This document shows, piece after piece, positions 51,448-63,829 of a stretch of 64,000 bases of DNA (within the stretch, counting starts at the first letter, position 1; the number at the start of each line of letters is the position of its first letter). The stretch comes from Dicyema japonicum (lineage: Eukaryota > Animalia > Dicyemida). A program made the translations under genes and the position numbers. The stretch lies in the NCBI GenBank assembly GCA_011109175.1, contig RDEW01000023.1:221225-285224 (forward strand), given 5' to 3'. Below the pieces are notes generated by a model. That model saw only the letters and a program-made list of their open reading frames with translations. It did not search any database and was not told where the DNA came from.

Positions 51448-52445
51448 GTTATGTTATCCAGTTAAGTTGTGTCCGACCCTTAGAGATCTCATGAACAAGT
51501 TTCCTCCACTTTCCCCGATCCGTCGCAATTTGGAGTAGCCTTGATATAGGCATTCCCGTGACGTCTTCTACTGTGGAGGGCTACCGAGTCATCGGTCGAC
51601 CAGGTCTTTTTTTCCCAGTAACTCAGCATAATGGTTCTTTCCAGGGAGTCAGAGCGGACAACATGCCCAAAAAACGCCAATCTGTGTTTTACAATTCTTC
51701 CTTTTAACGAAATGTCCGTCTCCACCCGTTTAAGTACATCGGTGTTTGTTATTTTGTAAGTTCAAAGGATTCTTAGTAACCTCCTCCAGCACTACAGTTC
51801 AAAAGCATCAATTTTTGGTCTATCCGCCTTTTTCAGTATCCATGATTTTGCGCCGTATAGAAAAACCGGGAACACGATTGCATTAACCATTCTGCATTTG
51901 ATCCTTAAGCAAATATATTTGCTTTTCCAAATTCTATTCATTTTCTGGAAGGTCCCGTCTATGGCAATTTGCCTCTTGATTTCCAAGCCTCCGTCACTAT
52001 TCGATTAATTATACATCCCAGAAAGACAACATTATCGCAACTCTCTATCTTCTCATTCCCAATTTTTAGTTCCATTATTCCATTATTAGCAGTCGTCAAA
52101 ATTTTGGTCTTCTTATATTTAGCAATAAACCAAAGACGGTGCTCTCTTCTCTGAATCTTAGAATGAACTCCATGGAGGCCATCATTTGTTTCAGCCAGTA
52201 AGGTTGTATCGTCAGCATAGCGCAAATTATTGATGTTCCTGCTTCCAATTTTAATCCCGTTATTTGATATAGTATCCAATTTAGTCATGATCATTTCGGC
52301 ATAAATATTGAATAGGATGAGAGATAATGAGCATCTTTGTCTTACTCATTTATCAATTTTGAACCAATTGGTGTCCCCATACACTGTTCTAACAATAGCT
52401 TCTTGATCCTTATAAAGAGATTTGATAAGCAATATCAGATGGACA
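51448..52445 (-). mobile_element. RTE LINE 3' portion (same family as 27270-29253)
   Basis: INNLRYADDTTLLA, FLYGAKSW and IDAFEL motifs. Confidence 0.88.
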
Positions 52446-53039
52446 TCGAATCCAAATTCTGAAATGCTTTTAAAATTAAGAGAGATTGAAAATTATCTTC
52501 TAGAAAATATTGAAAATGACAATGATGCAGAATTCATAACTACAATAAGAAGATATAAAGAAAATATAAAAATTCTAATAAGAGGAAATAGGGAATTGAG
52601 TATTACTTTAATAAAATTTAATTAATTTTTGTTTCCTGGTTAAAAATAAAATTTATTAATTTAAAAAGTTTAATTATCCTTTAATAATTAATTAAAACTT
52701 CAAAGAAAATTTTATTCTGAAATCTGCCAATTCTCAAATTTGCCACAATTTCGCTGAAACCAAAAATGGCAATTTTGAGAGAGTTTACTGTATATTAATT
52801 TGATAAATTAAATCAAAAATTTTTTTTTGATTTTTTTCTAAGTCAACTAGTGTAACGCGTAGCGACTGTGACATAATAGATCGATTTTCCTAGAACGTGT
52901 TTCGACACATGTCGAAATAATTAAATGCTTAATTTTTATAACAGATTAAGGTAGGATCAGGAGAATTAAAAATATTAAACATGAATCGAATCAAGAACAT
53001 ATAGACTTTAAAAAAATTCTTGATTTTTGATTAGAAACC

Positions 53040-54171
53040 AATTAATGCGACATGAACTAAAATTTAAATCAATTTGTGGAAAAAAAATTCATGTGACTTG
53101 ACTTACATCAATGAGTTTTTTAAAATTCTTGACGAGAAAATTATTCAATATGGAAGACAAAATGTTTTTAATTGTGATGAAACTGCTCTTTATATAAAAA
53201 GGACTCCACTAAAGTCGTTTGTCGGAATAAATGAAGATACTTTTGGCTTTAAACAGAGAAAAGAAAGAGTCACTGTACTTCTTTGTTGCAATTTCATGGG
53301 GGAAAAACTTGAGCCATTGATTGTTGGAAAATTTAAAAACCCTCGATGTCTCAAAAATTTCAATGTGAAAGATTTTGGAATTTCATATTCATCCTCTAAA
53401 AATGCATGGATGACTGTAAATATTTTTATGAGCTGGTTGACTCGGATAAATGAAGATTTTATACAATCAACAAAGTATTAATATTTCTTGATAATGCGGG
53501 ATGTCATAAAACTATTGAATGCTCAAATATTGAGTTTTTATTTTTGCCAAAAAATACAACACCGTATTTGCAACCATTGGATATGGGAATTATCAAGACC
53601 TTTAAAGATTATTACTCAAATTATCTGATTCAGTATTTGTGTTTTGAGGTGGATGATGATGAATTCAAACGGTTGATAAACAAAATAACCCTTCGTCATG
53701 TAATTCTGATAATTTCTAAAAGCTGGGAAAAACTTGATCCAAGTTTAATATTTAATTGTTAGAATCAAATTGAAAAGATTCGTGATTCCGTAAAAATTGA
53801 AGATACCATTACAGAAGAAATGATCAACAATGCCGTAAACGAAACATTAAATGGGGAAAGTGACGAATTCGTTGATAATATTTACAACGAAGGTTTAGAA
53901 AACAATAACATGGAAACAATTCTAAGAGATTCTCTTGATCAGTTAGAGAAGAACATTTTTTACATATCTCCTGAAATGCTCAAAGAATTTTACGATTTTC
54001 GACTTAATTTTATGAAAAATGTAAGAAGTAAAAGGATAACTGGGGATAAATTAACTGATTATTTTTCTAAAATTGATTTTTGATGTTTAAAATCTCTGTT
54101 TTATTAAACCCCTGTATTTGGGGCACCCCCACTTTTTGAGGCACTTGGTGTCCCAATTCGGGGTCGGACTG
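53040..54171 (+). mobile_element. Tigger/pogo transposase 3' part with right TIR
   Basis: NVFNCDETAL, KERVTVLLCCN, KNAWMT, DNAGCH and QPLDMGII motifs. TIR CCCAATTCGGGGTCGGACTG followed by TA. Confidence 0.9.
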
Positions 54172-54229
54172 TACTATGTTATTATTATTACTATGAATTA
54201 GTTGGTCATTTGGATATACCTGACTTTAT

Positions 54230-56095
54230 TATAAAGATATGTTTAAAAACTATGAGAAGGAAGTCAGTGTTACTGCTATCCTAGAGTAAAAAACTCCGTG
54301 ATGGGTGCACTCCGAATATTCAATACTCTATCTAGTATGGATTCTCTTAAGGTGGCTCGAATATCGCGCCGACACACAGGAGAATTTCTCCTGAACTTTA
54401 AAACTACAAGTGATTTGGAAGGTTTCCAGAATCAACTAGAAGAAAGAAAACCTTTTGAAGTTAATGGACATTCATTACAAAAAGCTACGCCGAGACCCTC
54501 AGTAGTTATGGTCAAAGGTCTTCCGACGTGGATTGAAACCAATGAGTTGAAAGAATACCTTGAAACGATATTGGGAGAAAAATTTACGGTTGAAAGATTT
54601 GAAAAGCAGGTCATCAGACTATTTGTTGCAAAACTTACAATTTTGGACAGAAATGAAGCTGAATCTCTTGTAAGATTTGGACTGATAATTGGATATCTGA
54701 AGATAAAAGCTGAATGGTTCAATAAACCAGAGATCCAATGATTTCGTTGTCAACAGTCTCGTTTTTGCAAAAATGTTGAAAGATGCCTTGTTTGTTCTGG
54801 GCCACATAGAAGATCGCAGTGTCCGGTTACAAACAATAATAAGTCGTGTGTGAATTGTGGTTCATCCAGCCACTTTGCCAATTATGGAGGATGCCCCAAG
54901 GCTGTTGAAGCTAACATAGCGACGAAAAACAAAATTGACCAAAAAAGGAAAGAATCGAATGGAAAAATATCTCTAAAACAAGAAAAAGCCCATAATGGAG
55001 AACGTGAAGTTTCCAAAATTGGAAAGAATAAGAAATTAAAGTCAGAGTTTAGAATGTATGGGCAGACTGGCTGGAATACGACATATAATAAGAAACCTTC
55101 TAAAAAAGAAACAGTAGAAGCTTCAACACAGACAAGCAGTTTTGATGAGAGTGACCAGGCGGAAGCACCTGTTAGAAAAGTGACTTTTGGAGTTGCTACA
55201 CAGACTATCGAGACTCACTCAAACATCTTGTCTGAAAATGAAGAAGTAGTAGCTTCCAACTCGATTCTTGACAAGTTGGAGAGAAGCATTAAAGATATGA
55301 CTAGAACAAAAAAGGATTCTAAATTTTTACTAGATTTGGTGGCGCTCTTAAAAAGAGAGGGCAGCCACCAAAAAAACCAGAAGTAGTCAGATAACCCTGA
55401 TTAATGCCCGTTCTTTTTGGAAACGGGCCTCAGTGCTGGTTGCTTTAGCCAGCACTATCCAGATGGATGTTCTAATTATAAACGAAACTAAATTGAAGAA
55501 AAGACCATTTAAAATTGATGGACACGACTCATTAGATATTTTTTGGAAGACTGGTTCTTGTGCTGGAACAGGAACTTCAATTTACTACAAAACTTCTTTA
55601 AATACAAGACTACCCACGATCAATGAAGAAAATCTTTGTGAACTAGCAAGCATTCAACTACAAACAACCATGGGATGGATAACTATCGGAGAATCTATTC
55701 TAAAAAACTAAGAGAGTATCCATGGATTGTTGACAAATTTATGGAAAACAATGAATATCCAATCCTTGTTGGGGACATGAACGCTAAACATACTGACTAT
55801 GGTTGTGTAGCAACCAATCAAGATGGAAAATGCCTTGTAAAATGGATGAAGTCTGGAGAGTTAAAGATTTTAACTTCAGTAGAAATTAATCACTTTGCAC
55901 CAAGGAGTGGGGACAAGCTCGGAGTTTTTGTAATGCCTCAGAATCTAAGCAAAATTTGTGAGCACCCATATGTGGAACAGAATATTGGAAGCGACCATCT
56001 TCCAAAAACTTTGGAAATAAGGACGGGGCCTATATCTGCTGAAAGAACTTTTGTTGGCTACAACCTTAATAATGTCAACTGGGTTGATTTCGATT
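54230..56095 (+). mobile_element. LINE ORF1 (zinc knuckles) + APE endonuclease, 3'-truncated
   Basis: CLVCSGPH, CVNCGSSSHFANYGGCP, LIINETKL, VGDMNAKH and GSDHLP motifs. Confidence 0.82.
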
Positions 56096-56390
56096 ATTTT
56101 AAATCGGTTCAGACACCTGGAGCAGCTGCTTCGACTGCGGAGAACCTAAAAATCAAGAAATATTCTTGCCTCGGGGATCGCTACCAATTTACTCCTGTTG
56201 CGACCGAATCATCGGGAGCCGTTGGTCCAATGACGGCTGAGTTCTTGCAAGAACTCGGAGAATTGCTTGCCAGAAAGAAAAGGGATCAACGAGAAGGGTT
56301 ATGGTTAAGACAAAAGATTGGAATAGCCATACTCCGAGTGAACTCGTTCGCAATCCACGCAGCAGGCTTCCTCAACTGACATTTGTTTAA
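56095..56390 (+). mobile_element. CRE-like RLE 3' fragment
   Basis: Near-identical to the reverse complement of 7262-7558. Confidence 0.85.
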
Positions 56391-57015
56391 TTGTTAAAGT
56401 TTTTTTACCTAAAAAAAATTGAGACATACAAAATCACTAAAGCTATTTTTAATTTATTAACCCCGGATACACCGAGAAAGAAGTTAAAATAAACAACTAA
56501 TTAACTGTATCCAGTTTCCACTTCTACAGATAGAGTCCATCCGAAATCAGCATAAAGGGTAAGACGTCCATGGTTGCTAGTTAAATGTTGTTCTTAAAAG
56601 AGTTACAAGAAAATCATATTATGTAGTAAACAGGCCCGTGCAAATGTTACCTCCAGGGTCAAGTAATTTATAAGATAACAAAAATGTTACTTTTATTTGA
56701 TAATTTTTATTATTTTAAAAAGCTTTTTTATGCTTTTTAAATTTTAGCTCAACTAATCATTTTTTTATTTTTCTATTTTATACATTAAAAATGAGATTTT
56801 TCCACTTTTTATTTTTTAAAGAAAATTAACCCGTGCATATGTTACCGCCAATTTTTAAAAAAAACAGGTTGCCCATAGGCTTCATGTTACCCATGTGACA
56901 TATTAAGATGACAATATGATTCTATTTGTGTTGCTAATAATAATATTTCTATCGGCACAAAATAGAAAATTACTCAAAATTACAAAATAAATTACAAAGA
57001 AAACTTAAACAAATA

Positions 57016-60000
57016 TCAGCAGCTCAATGAAAAATTTTCAACCCGCTCAACAAGCTCAGAGGGAGTTACAAGCATATCAAATTGTTCCTGAAATAACTAA
57101 ACCCACAATTCACCTCCAATTTACGAGTCACATTGGCCAGTTCTTTGGAACTCATTCGGAGAACAGACAAAAGGACATTCCCATCAATGAAATCTGAGAA
57201 CTTGTAAGGGTATGAATAATATTTCGGAAACCCAGAATATTCTTTTCTAAATCTAAGAATCAGGACACGTGACCACCTTTCATAGTAAATATTTCCCACA
57301 TTACTGAGTGTAGACAACACAGAAGACTGAACCGCGGTATAAAAATCAGCAAGGGACTCATCCTCAATGGTTTTAATCGACCCAACACATCCTGACAGTG
57401 TCCCGAAAATAATCTTAGAATCGTCGTAGAACTTGGTCAAATATCCAGGTATCATAATATTGAGGGAATCAGCCAAATAGTAACAAGAAAGAATGTTTAA
57501 TCTATCCGCGTCGGGCTTATTTTCGTACAAAATCAAGTTATTGTTGGAATCAAACGCTAAAAACAAATTATCCCTCACAAATTCAATATTTACGATAGTC
57601 CTCACCGAGACATCTCGATTCACCTGAATTCTGAAAAGAATCTTACCTCAACGATAGAGGAGGAAACTTCGTCAAATCTCAACAAGGCTATGGACTCCAA
57701 AAAATCTCCAACAAGGATTAGATCTTCAAACACCTTCATAACGGTGCAGGACACGTATTTATTAAGAGAGCACACAAGAGTAATACCACACTGAGACACA
57801 GAAAACAGCTCAATCTAAATTACAAAGAAAATCGTACTCTCCCATTAATAGAGGCTACAAGCATGTCTCGGTACTGTTGAAGACAATATGGCACTCCGCT
57901 CACATTAATTTCATATGACTTTGAAATTTCCCCACTTTCCCGTTTAAATATGACGATCTTGCCATTCTCACTATCAAGAAAATCATTCTCATCTTCCCCT
58001 GTAATTCCAACTCCATATAATATGCCACATGGAAAGTTCAGAACAACAACAGAGGTGATATAGAATGCAAAATTATGAGAATAGAGCACTCCAGTAGTAA
58101 TACATAATTACCTTCATATGTATCTCCATCTAGTGCTAAAAATGAAGAAAAGGGGGAAGATTCAGTTAAATTTGGAAAAATAGAATTATCTTGGGCTAAA
58201 GGAAAGGATTCGTGAGAATTCGTGCAAAATCTGGACCCACGTTTTAAAATATCAAGAGCAGTTGTAGCAAGTAGAATAAGGTTGTTTTCTGGGCAATATT
58301 TGATTCGTCTACTTTAAATTAGAATATAACCTCGGTGTTTCACTCAGTGGAATATGCTTGCAGTAGATCCTCTGTCCGACTTCAAACTTTCCCACAATGA
58401 GGTATTCCCCATTCGAAATTAAATGACTGAGATTAAAAACCAAGCAAACCAATCTTGGAAATGGGAAGAATTGTAATTTACGATGTATTGCATCCTGTTG
58501 GGATTGACAGGCCAAATCATTAGATTATCGTTGGAAAAGCGAATTTCAGCTGACGAGGATGAGCAAGCTAGGACAACAAAATCTCCCTCAGCCATGATCT
58601 TACACAAAGAGATGGAAGATTGCGACAGAACATGCTCACGTGGATATCTGAGGAGTTCTGGGGTAATCTGTCAACATATACCAGTGATTGTGTCATATTC
58701 AAGATGGAAAATGCGACCATCCACGGTCGAACATAAAAGTCGCTGAGAATTCCAAGACGATAGTAAGACCAGACTCAATATAGAGGCAAATTCTACAAAT
58801 AATCAAAAACACACAACCCTGATCAACCACCACAGTAGAAATAAACTCAAATTGAGTTAGTTTGTAGACATAAACACCACAGTCGTTCCAAAAGGAGACA
58901 AAGAATATATCTCCAGCCAAGCACAGAGCAGATATTTCACCTTTGAAATTATGAGAACTGTATCAATAAATATACATTCAAACTCAATCAGCTGAATCTC
59001 CCCATTATTTAAGGTCAAATAGTAACCGGAGCAGGCTGAAGAACACAAAATACGGGTAGTGTCAGAGGAAACAACAGAAATGGGAATGTTAGGAGACCAC
59101 CTTTTGACAGTACTGGACACTGTCTCAATAATAAGAACCTCCACTTCATTAATCTAATCGTAGAAATAGTCAAATACGAGCAAAATATGTCTATCCGATA
59201 TATTTTTGCAATAAAGGGTGTAGACAGACGTATTTAACCAATCAAAATCAACCTCTGTGACATTTTTTTCTGTTATTTTGATAATACTACAATTATACTA
59301 CTCTTAACTGAGAACTATCGTCACTAGAAATGAGAACGTAGTCATCAAAATCTTCATAAATACTTAGTGGAGCAATATCTAAGCATAAAGACAACAAATA
59401 CAGTTTATTAATGGGCAATAAATACTAAGAAAACTGACATAGCCAACAGCTCTATGAAGAACATTTAATGACCCAGCTTTTCCATATCCAGAACAGGTAA
59501 TCACCTTAAATGAGCCAATCACAAACTCTATGGTCAGTTTTATCTTTGCTAGCGAAAGTCATGTCCACAATCGGAGCAATATTGGGAATATGAGAAAGAA
59601 ACTTAACCCATCCTCCACATTGGTTGCCATTGGATACCAACTAGAACTAAATCGATAAATACTTGAACAATCTGGGAATCACCATATCGGGATCCAACAA
59701 AGATAACTCCATTGCCCAAATGAACCAATGTAGAGGGGATCGTGATCTTACCCAAAGTCCCAAAGTGGATATCAGTGACCTTTGAATCGCTCCGTACGAG
59801 AATTATGTAGTGAAGTAGTCCGTTAAAGTCCCGAGTATGAATCTTGACTCATCATTGCCGACAGTGCAACAACAGGTGATAGAGGAATCCTAAAATAACC
59901 GAAAGGTATACTCCAAAGGAGGCTGACGTACGACTTACTGTGTGTCCTTGACTTACATAAACAACCGTGTTACTCCCGTATAGGATAAAAGTGTCTTGGG

Positions 60001-60813
60001 AGTTAGTTACTAAAATAAGCAAATCACAAACAAGGATGAATTTTGCTGACGTTGTTGGAGATTCTCCCGGATCCCAAGGAATAAGCAGAACTCTGGTATT
60101 TATGAGAGCAAATTTCGTGGATTGAGAAAAATTTATGAAATCCATTCTTGAATTATAGAATAAATCATACATTGTATAAAATAACAAGATTTGGTTCAGA
60201 AGACTTGACGAAGGCATACGAGAGGATAGACTGTTCGTCTACACTGAAAATGAGATAATTCAAACTGAATATTTTTCGTAGAATTAAAGGAAAGTCCACA
60301 GTGATCAAGGGTTATAATTTTGATTACGTTGCTATTTAGTTGGAACGCAATAAAAGAGCCGGTTGGGTCGATTACTGGGGGAGATATTGACTTTTTTAGT
60401 TGAATGCAGTCCTTATTAATTATTTGTATAATTTACAGGGAATGTTCCATGGGCCACTGTACAGATTTTAAATTCGTCATTTTCTTCGTGGCATTCAACG
60501 ATGATGAAGTTAAGGCGGTTTGTGTATATCAGGAGCGATTCCTTGGATGATTCAGAGTTCTACTATGAGCAAAGACAGGGACCTTGTTAGAGAATAACTG
60601 GATGGTGTCGATTTTACCAAATATCGGAATTTCCAGTACAGGGGACAGTTGACATTCTGAATATTTGTATACTTCGATGAGGGAGTTTTTGGCCAAGAGG
60701 AGATTCAGACACGTTTCGTTTGCGAAATAACCTGAAATTTGTTTTGTAAACTTACCAATTGCACTGTGAGTTACGGCTGTAGAATCTTTGATCAGCGTGC
60801 AACAGAACTTCAT
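57016..60813 (-). CDS. DDB1: DNA damage-binding protein 1, multi-exon with tiny introns
   Basis: TAVTHSAIG|YF...LNLLLAKNS.IE.Y, LGNGVIFVGSRYGDSQ, NIAPIVDM, VITCSGYGKAGSL, HIPLSETPR, ILVGDF..SI, IIFGTLSGCVG and FIDG..L..VERVE. One G is missing at about 59830 (LGD motif). Not all exons were traced. Confidence 0.9.
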
Positions 60814-60879
60814 ACAATTGATTTATTCAACTTTAATTTTAAAATATTATTTTTATTGTTAATTAAAAAAACATGCAAC

Positions 60880-62380
60880 GTGCGTTCGATTCGGAGGCGC
60901 TAAAACACTCTCGATTTGGTAAAAATGTTGAATAAAAGGAGAAGGGTCACTTGCGCTACCAGATGGTATGAATATAATTCTTGCCATATCCGAGAGCGTT
61001 GTGGCAGCTGACCCAAAAGAATGGGCGAGGCAGGTAGTCCTGCAGGTACGTAGCAGGCTATCCCTAATGCCCTGGAATGGTTGGCCATACTTGGCGGAGC
61101 TCCGCAGTGGCAGATTCAGTACTGCTATATCTGTGAGTGAACTCAAGAAAATGGCTGTAGGCAAAGAGGGTATTGGTTTAAAGGGGCGGGGACCAGATGA
61201 CCACAACTTTCAAAGAGAGCACGAGCACCAGAGCTGTGATACGTTGCAGCTCAAGCATTTTTATGAGGTCTTCGCGCGGAATCTCGCTGCAGCGGCAAAT
61301 GTCCCACTTGAGGACCGTATATTTACCCGCAAAATCATTCATTGTAAGGTTAACGGAGTAGTGTTAACCTGTATCAATAAGGCTGTGGCTTATGCGGTGG
61401 AGGCTAAGCAAGTGTATTTGGAAGAAAACATCTTTGACGTCTTCTGAATGTAGAAAATTCAGTATGGCCGAAAATTCTTGCAAGAGTATTTCTACACCCA
61501 TCCGTAGAATATTTACAAAAGGGCGCCAACGGGCTTCAAGTACATTCAGAGGTCCTCTTAAGAGCATTGGACAACCAACATGTCGACCTAAAGTCGTCGA
61601 TACGGCGACAACTAACCTCGATCGAAGGCGCTGTACAAGAATATGCAAGACCGCAATATTTTTGGGGTCGATCAACAAATACATGTCCCCGTTGTAAGTC
61701 AAGGAGCATGTCGGTTGATCATTTAGCCACTCGGTGCGGATCCATGCTCTGCCACAACTATGTGTTGAGGCATAACGGTAGTAAGGAGTCTTTATCATCT
61801 ACTATGCAATAAGTATGGTATTCGCCACACCAGAAAGTTGCGGACTCATAAGGTGCAATCTGTAGTAGAGAACACCAGAGTCCAAATTAAGGTAGACACT
61901 GTTATCCGCACCTCGGTGCTAGTCAAGCACAATAAACCGGACATTGTGGTACACAATAAGGAGTCTGGCCAAGTCTTCATAAACGAGGTTGGCATTACGT
62001 CTCAAGACCGTTTGCAGACTGTGGAAGTAGAGAAAAAAAGGAAGTATGACTTGCTTGCAAACGAGATGGGGTAGATGCTTGGCTGCAAATTCCTCGTTAT
62101 TCCAATAGTAATGACGTGGGAAGGAATTGCAACAAAGTACCACAAGGGTTATCTGAAGCAGTTGGGGGTAGATAGGAAGCTCTAGGCCTATCTACAGTCC
62201 ACTGTATTAAAGCGGACCCTAGAGAGCCTGATATAGAAGTCAGAGCCCGGAGATGTCATATGGGGAGAGGGTTCAATTGGACAAGGCGCTCTCGGAGTTG
62301 TTTCAGCAACCAGAATCGAATCTGCCTGAGGCAGCTGGCGAACAGGCAGGCGAGGAAGGTTGTTAGTTAGTTAGTTAGGA
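60880..62380 (+). mobile_element. R4/Dong-like RLE retrotransposon 3' half with (GTTA)n after the ORF
   Basis: CPRC...SVDHLATRC..YVLRHN, HNKPDIVVH..INEVGIT..KKRKYDLLANE and IPIVMTWEG. GTTAGTTAGTTAGTTAG near 62362. Confidence 0.85.
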
Positions 62381-62519
62381 AGTTTGTTGATTATTAAATA
62401 TTAACTTTTTATTGTTGGTTAAATAAAGTTGTTAATTAACAACAAAGAATTTTTATTTAATAAATCAAAATTATTTCAATTAAAAACAAAGAATTTTTAT
62501 TTAATAAATCAATTATCAT

Positions 62520-63413
62520 CACTCACGGCCTGCGAACCTTTAGTCAGGAGGATTCTACACTCCACCCGAATTCTCAACTGACCAAGAGATAATCCACGCA
62601 CGAGAAGCCTGGAATGCCACCAACCTCCCCCTGCCTCCTTCCCAAGATCGCCAGCGAAACCTGGACAACTTATTATGCTGGAAATCATTTGGACTCCTAC
62701 TGGAATCTGCCAATCAGCACCGACGCGCTTGTTTGCTTTCGGGGGCTTCCCCTGAAAGCGGAGCTTGGCTAAACGCCATCCCCAATGGAGCTTTGGGCAC
62801 TTTTCTGGATGATGAATGCGTTAGAACTGGTATCTCTCTGAGGCTGGGACTAAAAGTATGTGTACCTCACCCGTGCCGATGTGGCATCCTGATAGACTGC
62901 TATGGCCTGCACCCTCTCGCCTGCAGGAGAGCGCTGGCAGATCCCAAGGCACAAGGCTCTGAATGAAATTGTCAGGCGAGCTATGGATGCTGCTGGATAC
63001 TCGGCCATTCTTGAACCGGTCGTGTTATGCAGAAGTGACGGGAAACGACCGGACGGGATGACCATATTTCCATTTGAGGCCGGGAAACCACTGGTTTGGG
63101 ATGTGACATGTACAGACACGTTCGCCCAGAAAAATCTTCACGAGAGTGCTACAAGGGCCTGTTCAGCATCCGTATAGGCGGAGAAGGCCAAACTCGTTAA
63201 ATACGTCGACCTTCCCGATGATGTCAAATTTGTTCCCCTTGCTATGGAGACTTCCGGATCCTACTCCCCCTCTACACTCGAGTTTTTCGGACGTCTTGGA
63301 AACCGGATCACCTCATGCACTGGAGATCTCCGTGAACGCCGCTGGCTATTTGAGCGAATTTCGCTCGCAATTTTGAGAGGGAACAGCCACGCAGTGAGGG
63401 CGGCAACTACCTG
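62520..63413 (+). mobile_element. CRE-like RLE 3' portion
   Basis: GAWLNAIP, CRCG..HPLAC, KRPDGMT..LVWDVTCTDT and FVPLAMETSG. Close to the reverse complement of 37209-37875. Confidence 0.88.
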
Positions 63414-63829
63414 ACTTCTATTGTTTAAATTTACTTATAAAAATTCAAAAAAAAATCATATAATAGTGATTGGAGTAAAGTTGGCTCAGTATGTACTGAC
63501 AGAGCTCTCCCATGCTTGTCTATCGGACAGAAGTTAGTCCTCATTTTCTACCTATATTATCTTCCAAAACATTACCAGAGGAAATTAAGGAGGTTATTGA
63601 TCAAATTATAAAAATAATTAATATTATTCTTTGATGGGCAATGAATCACAGAATTTTTCAAAGTATATGTTAAGAACTTGTTCTGAACATTACAGAAGTA
63701 AGATGACTTTCTAAAGGAATGACTCTGACAAGAGTTGTCGATTATCTGAGGCTATTATCGATTTTTGAATGACCATGGATATAAATATTTATCCGAATTG
63801 CTTGAATCCAATTTAAAGCCAAATTAATC

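Noticed and set aside
55675-56379. ORF fusing APE endonuclease to an RLE C-terminus, suggesting a dual-endonuclease (Dualen-like) element
   Set aside because: There is no RT between the domains. The last 290 nt or so are a near-identical piece of the CRE-like element at 7262-7558, so this is a chance in-frame junction.
29369-60813. Cullin and DDB1 in one window as a CRL4 gene cluster
   Set aside because: The genes are 25 kb apart with unrelated genes between, and the cullin looks CUL1/2-like rather than CUL4.
60968-61447. 159-aa ORF divergent from DDB1 as a host gene
   Set aside because: It is contiguous with, and resembles the post-RT region of, the R4/Dong-like element.
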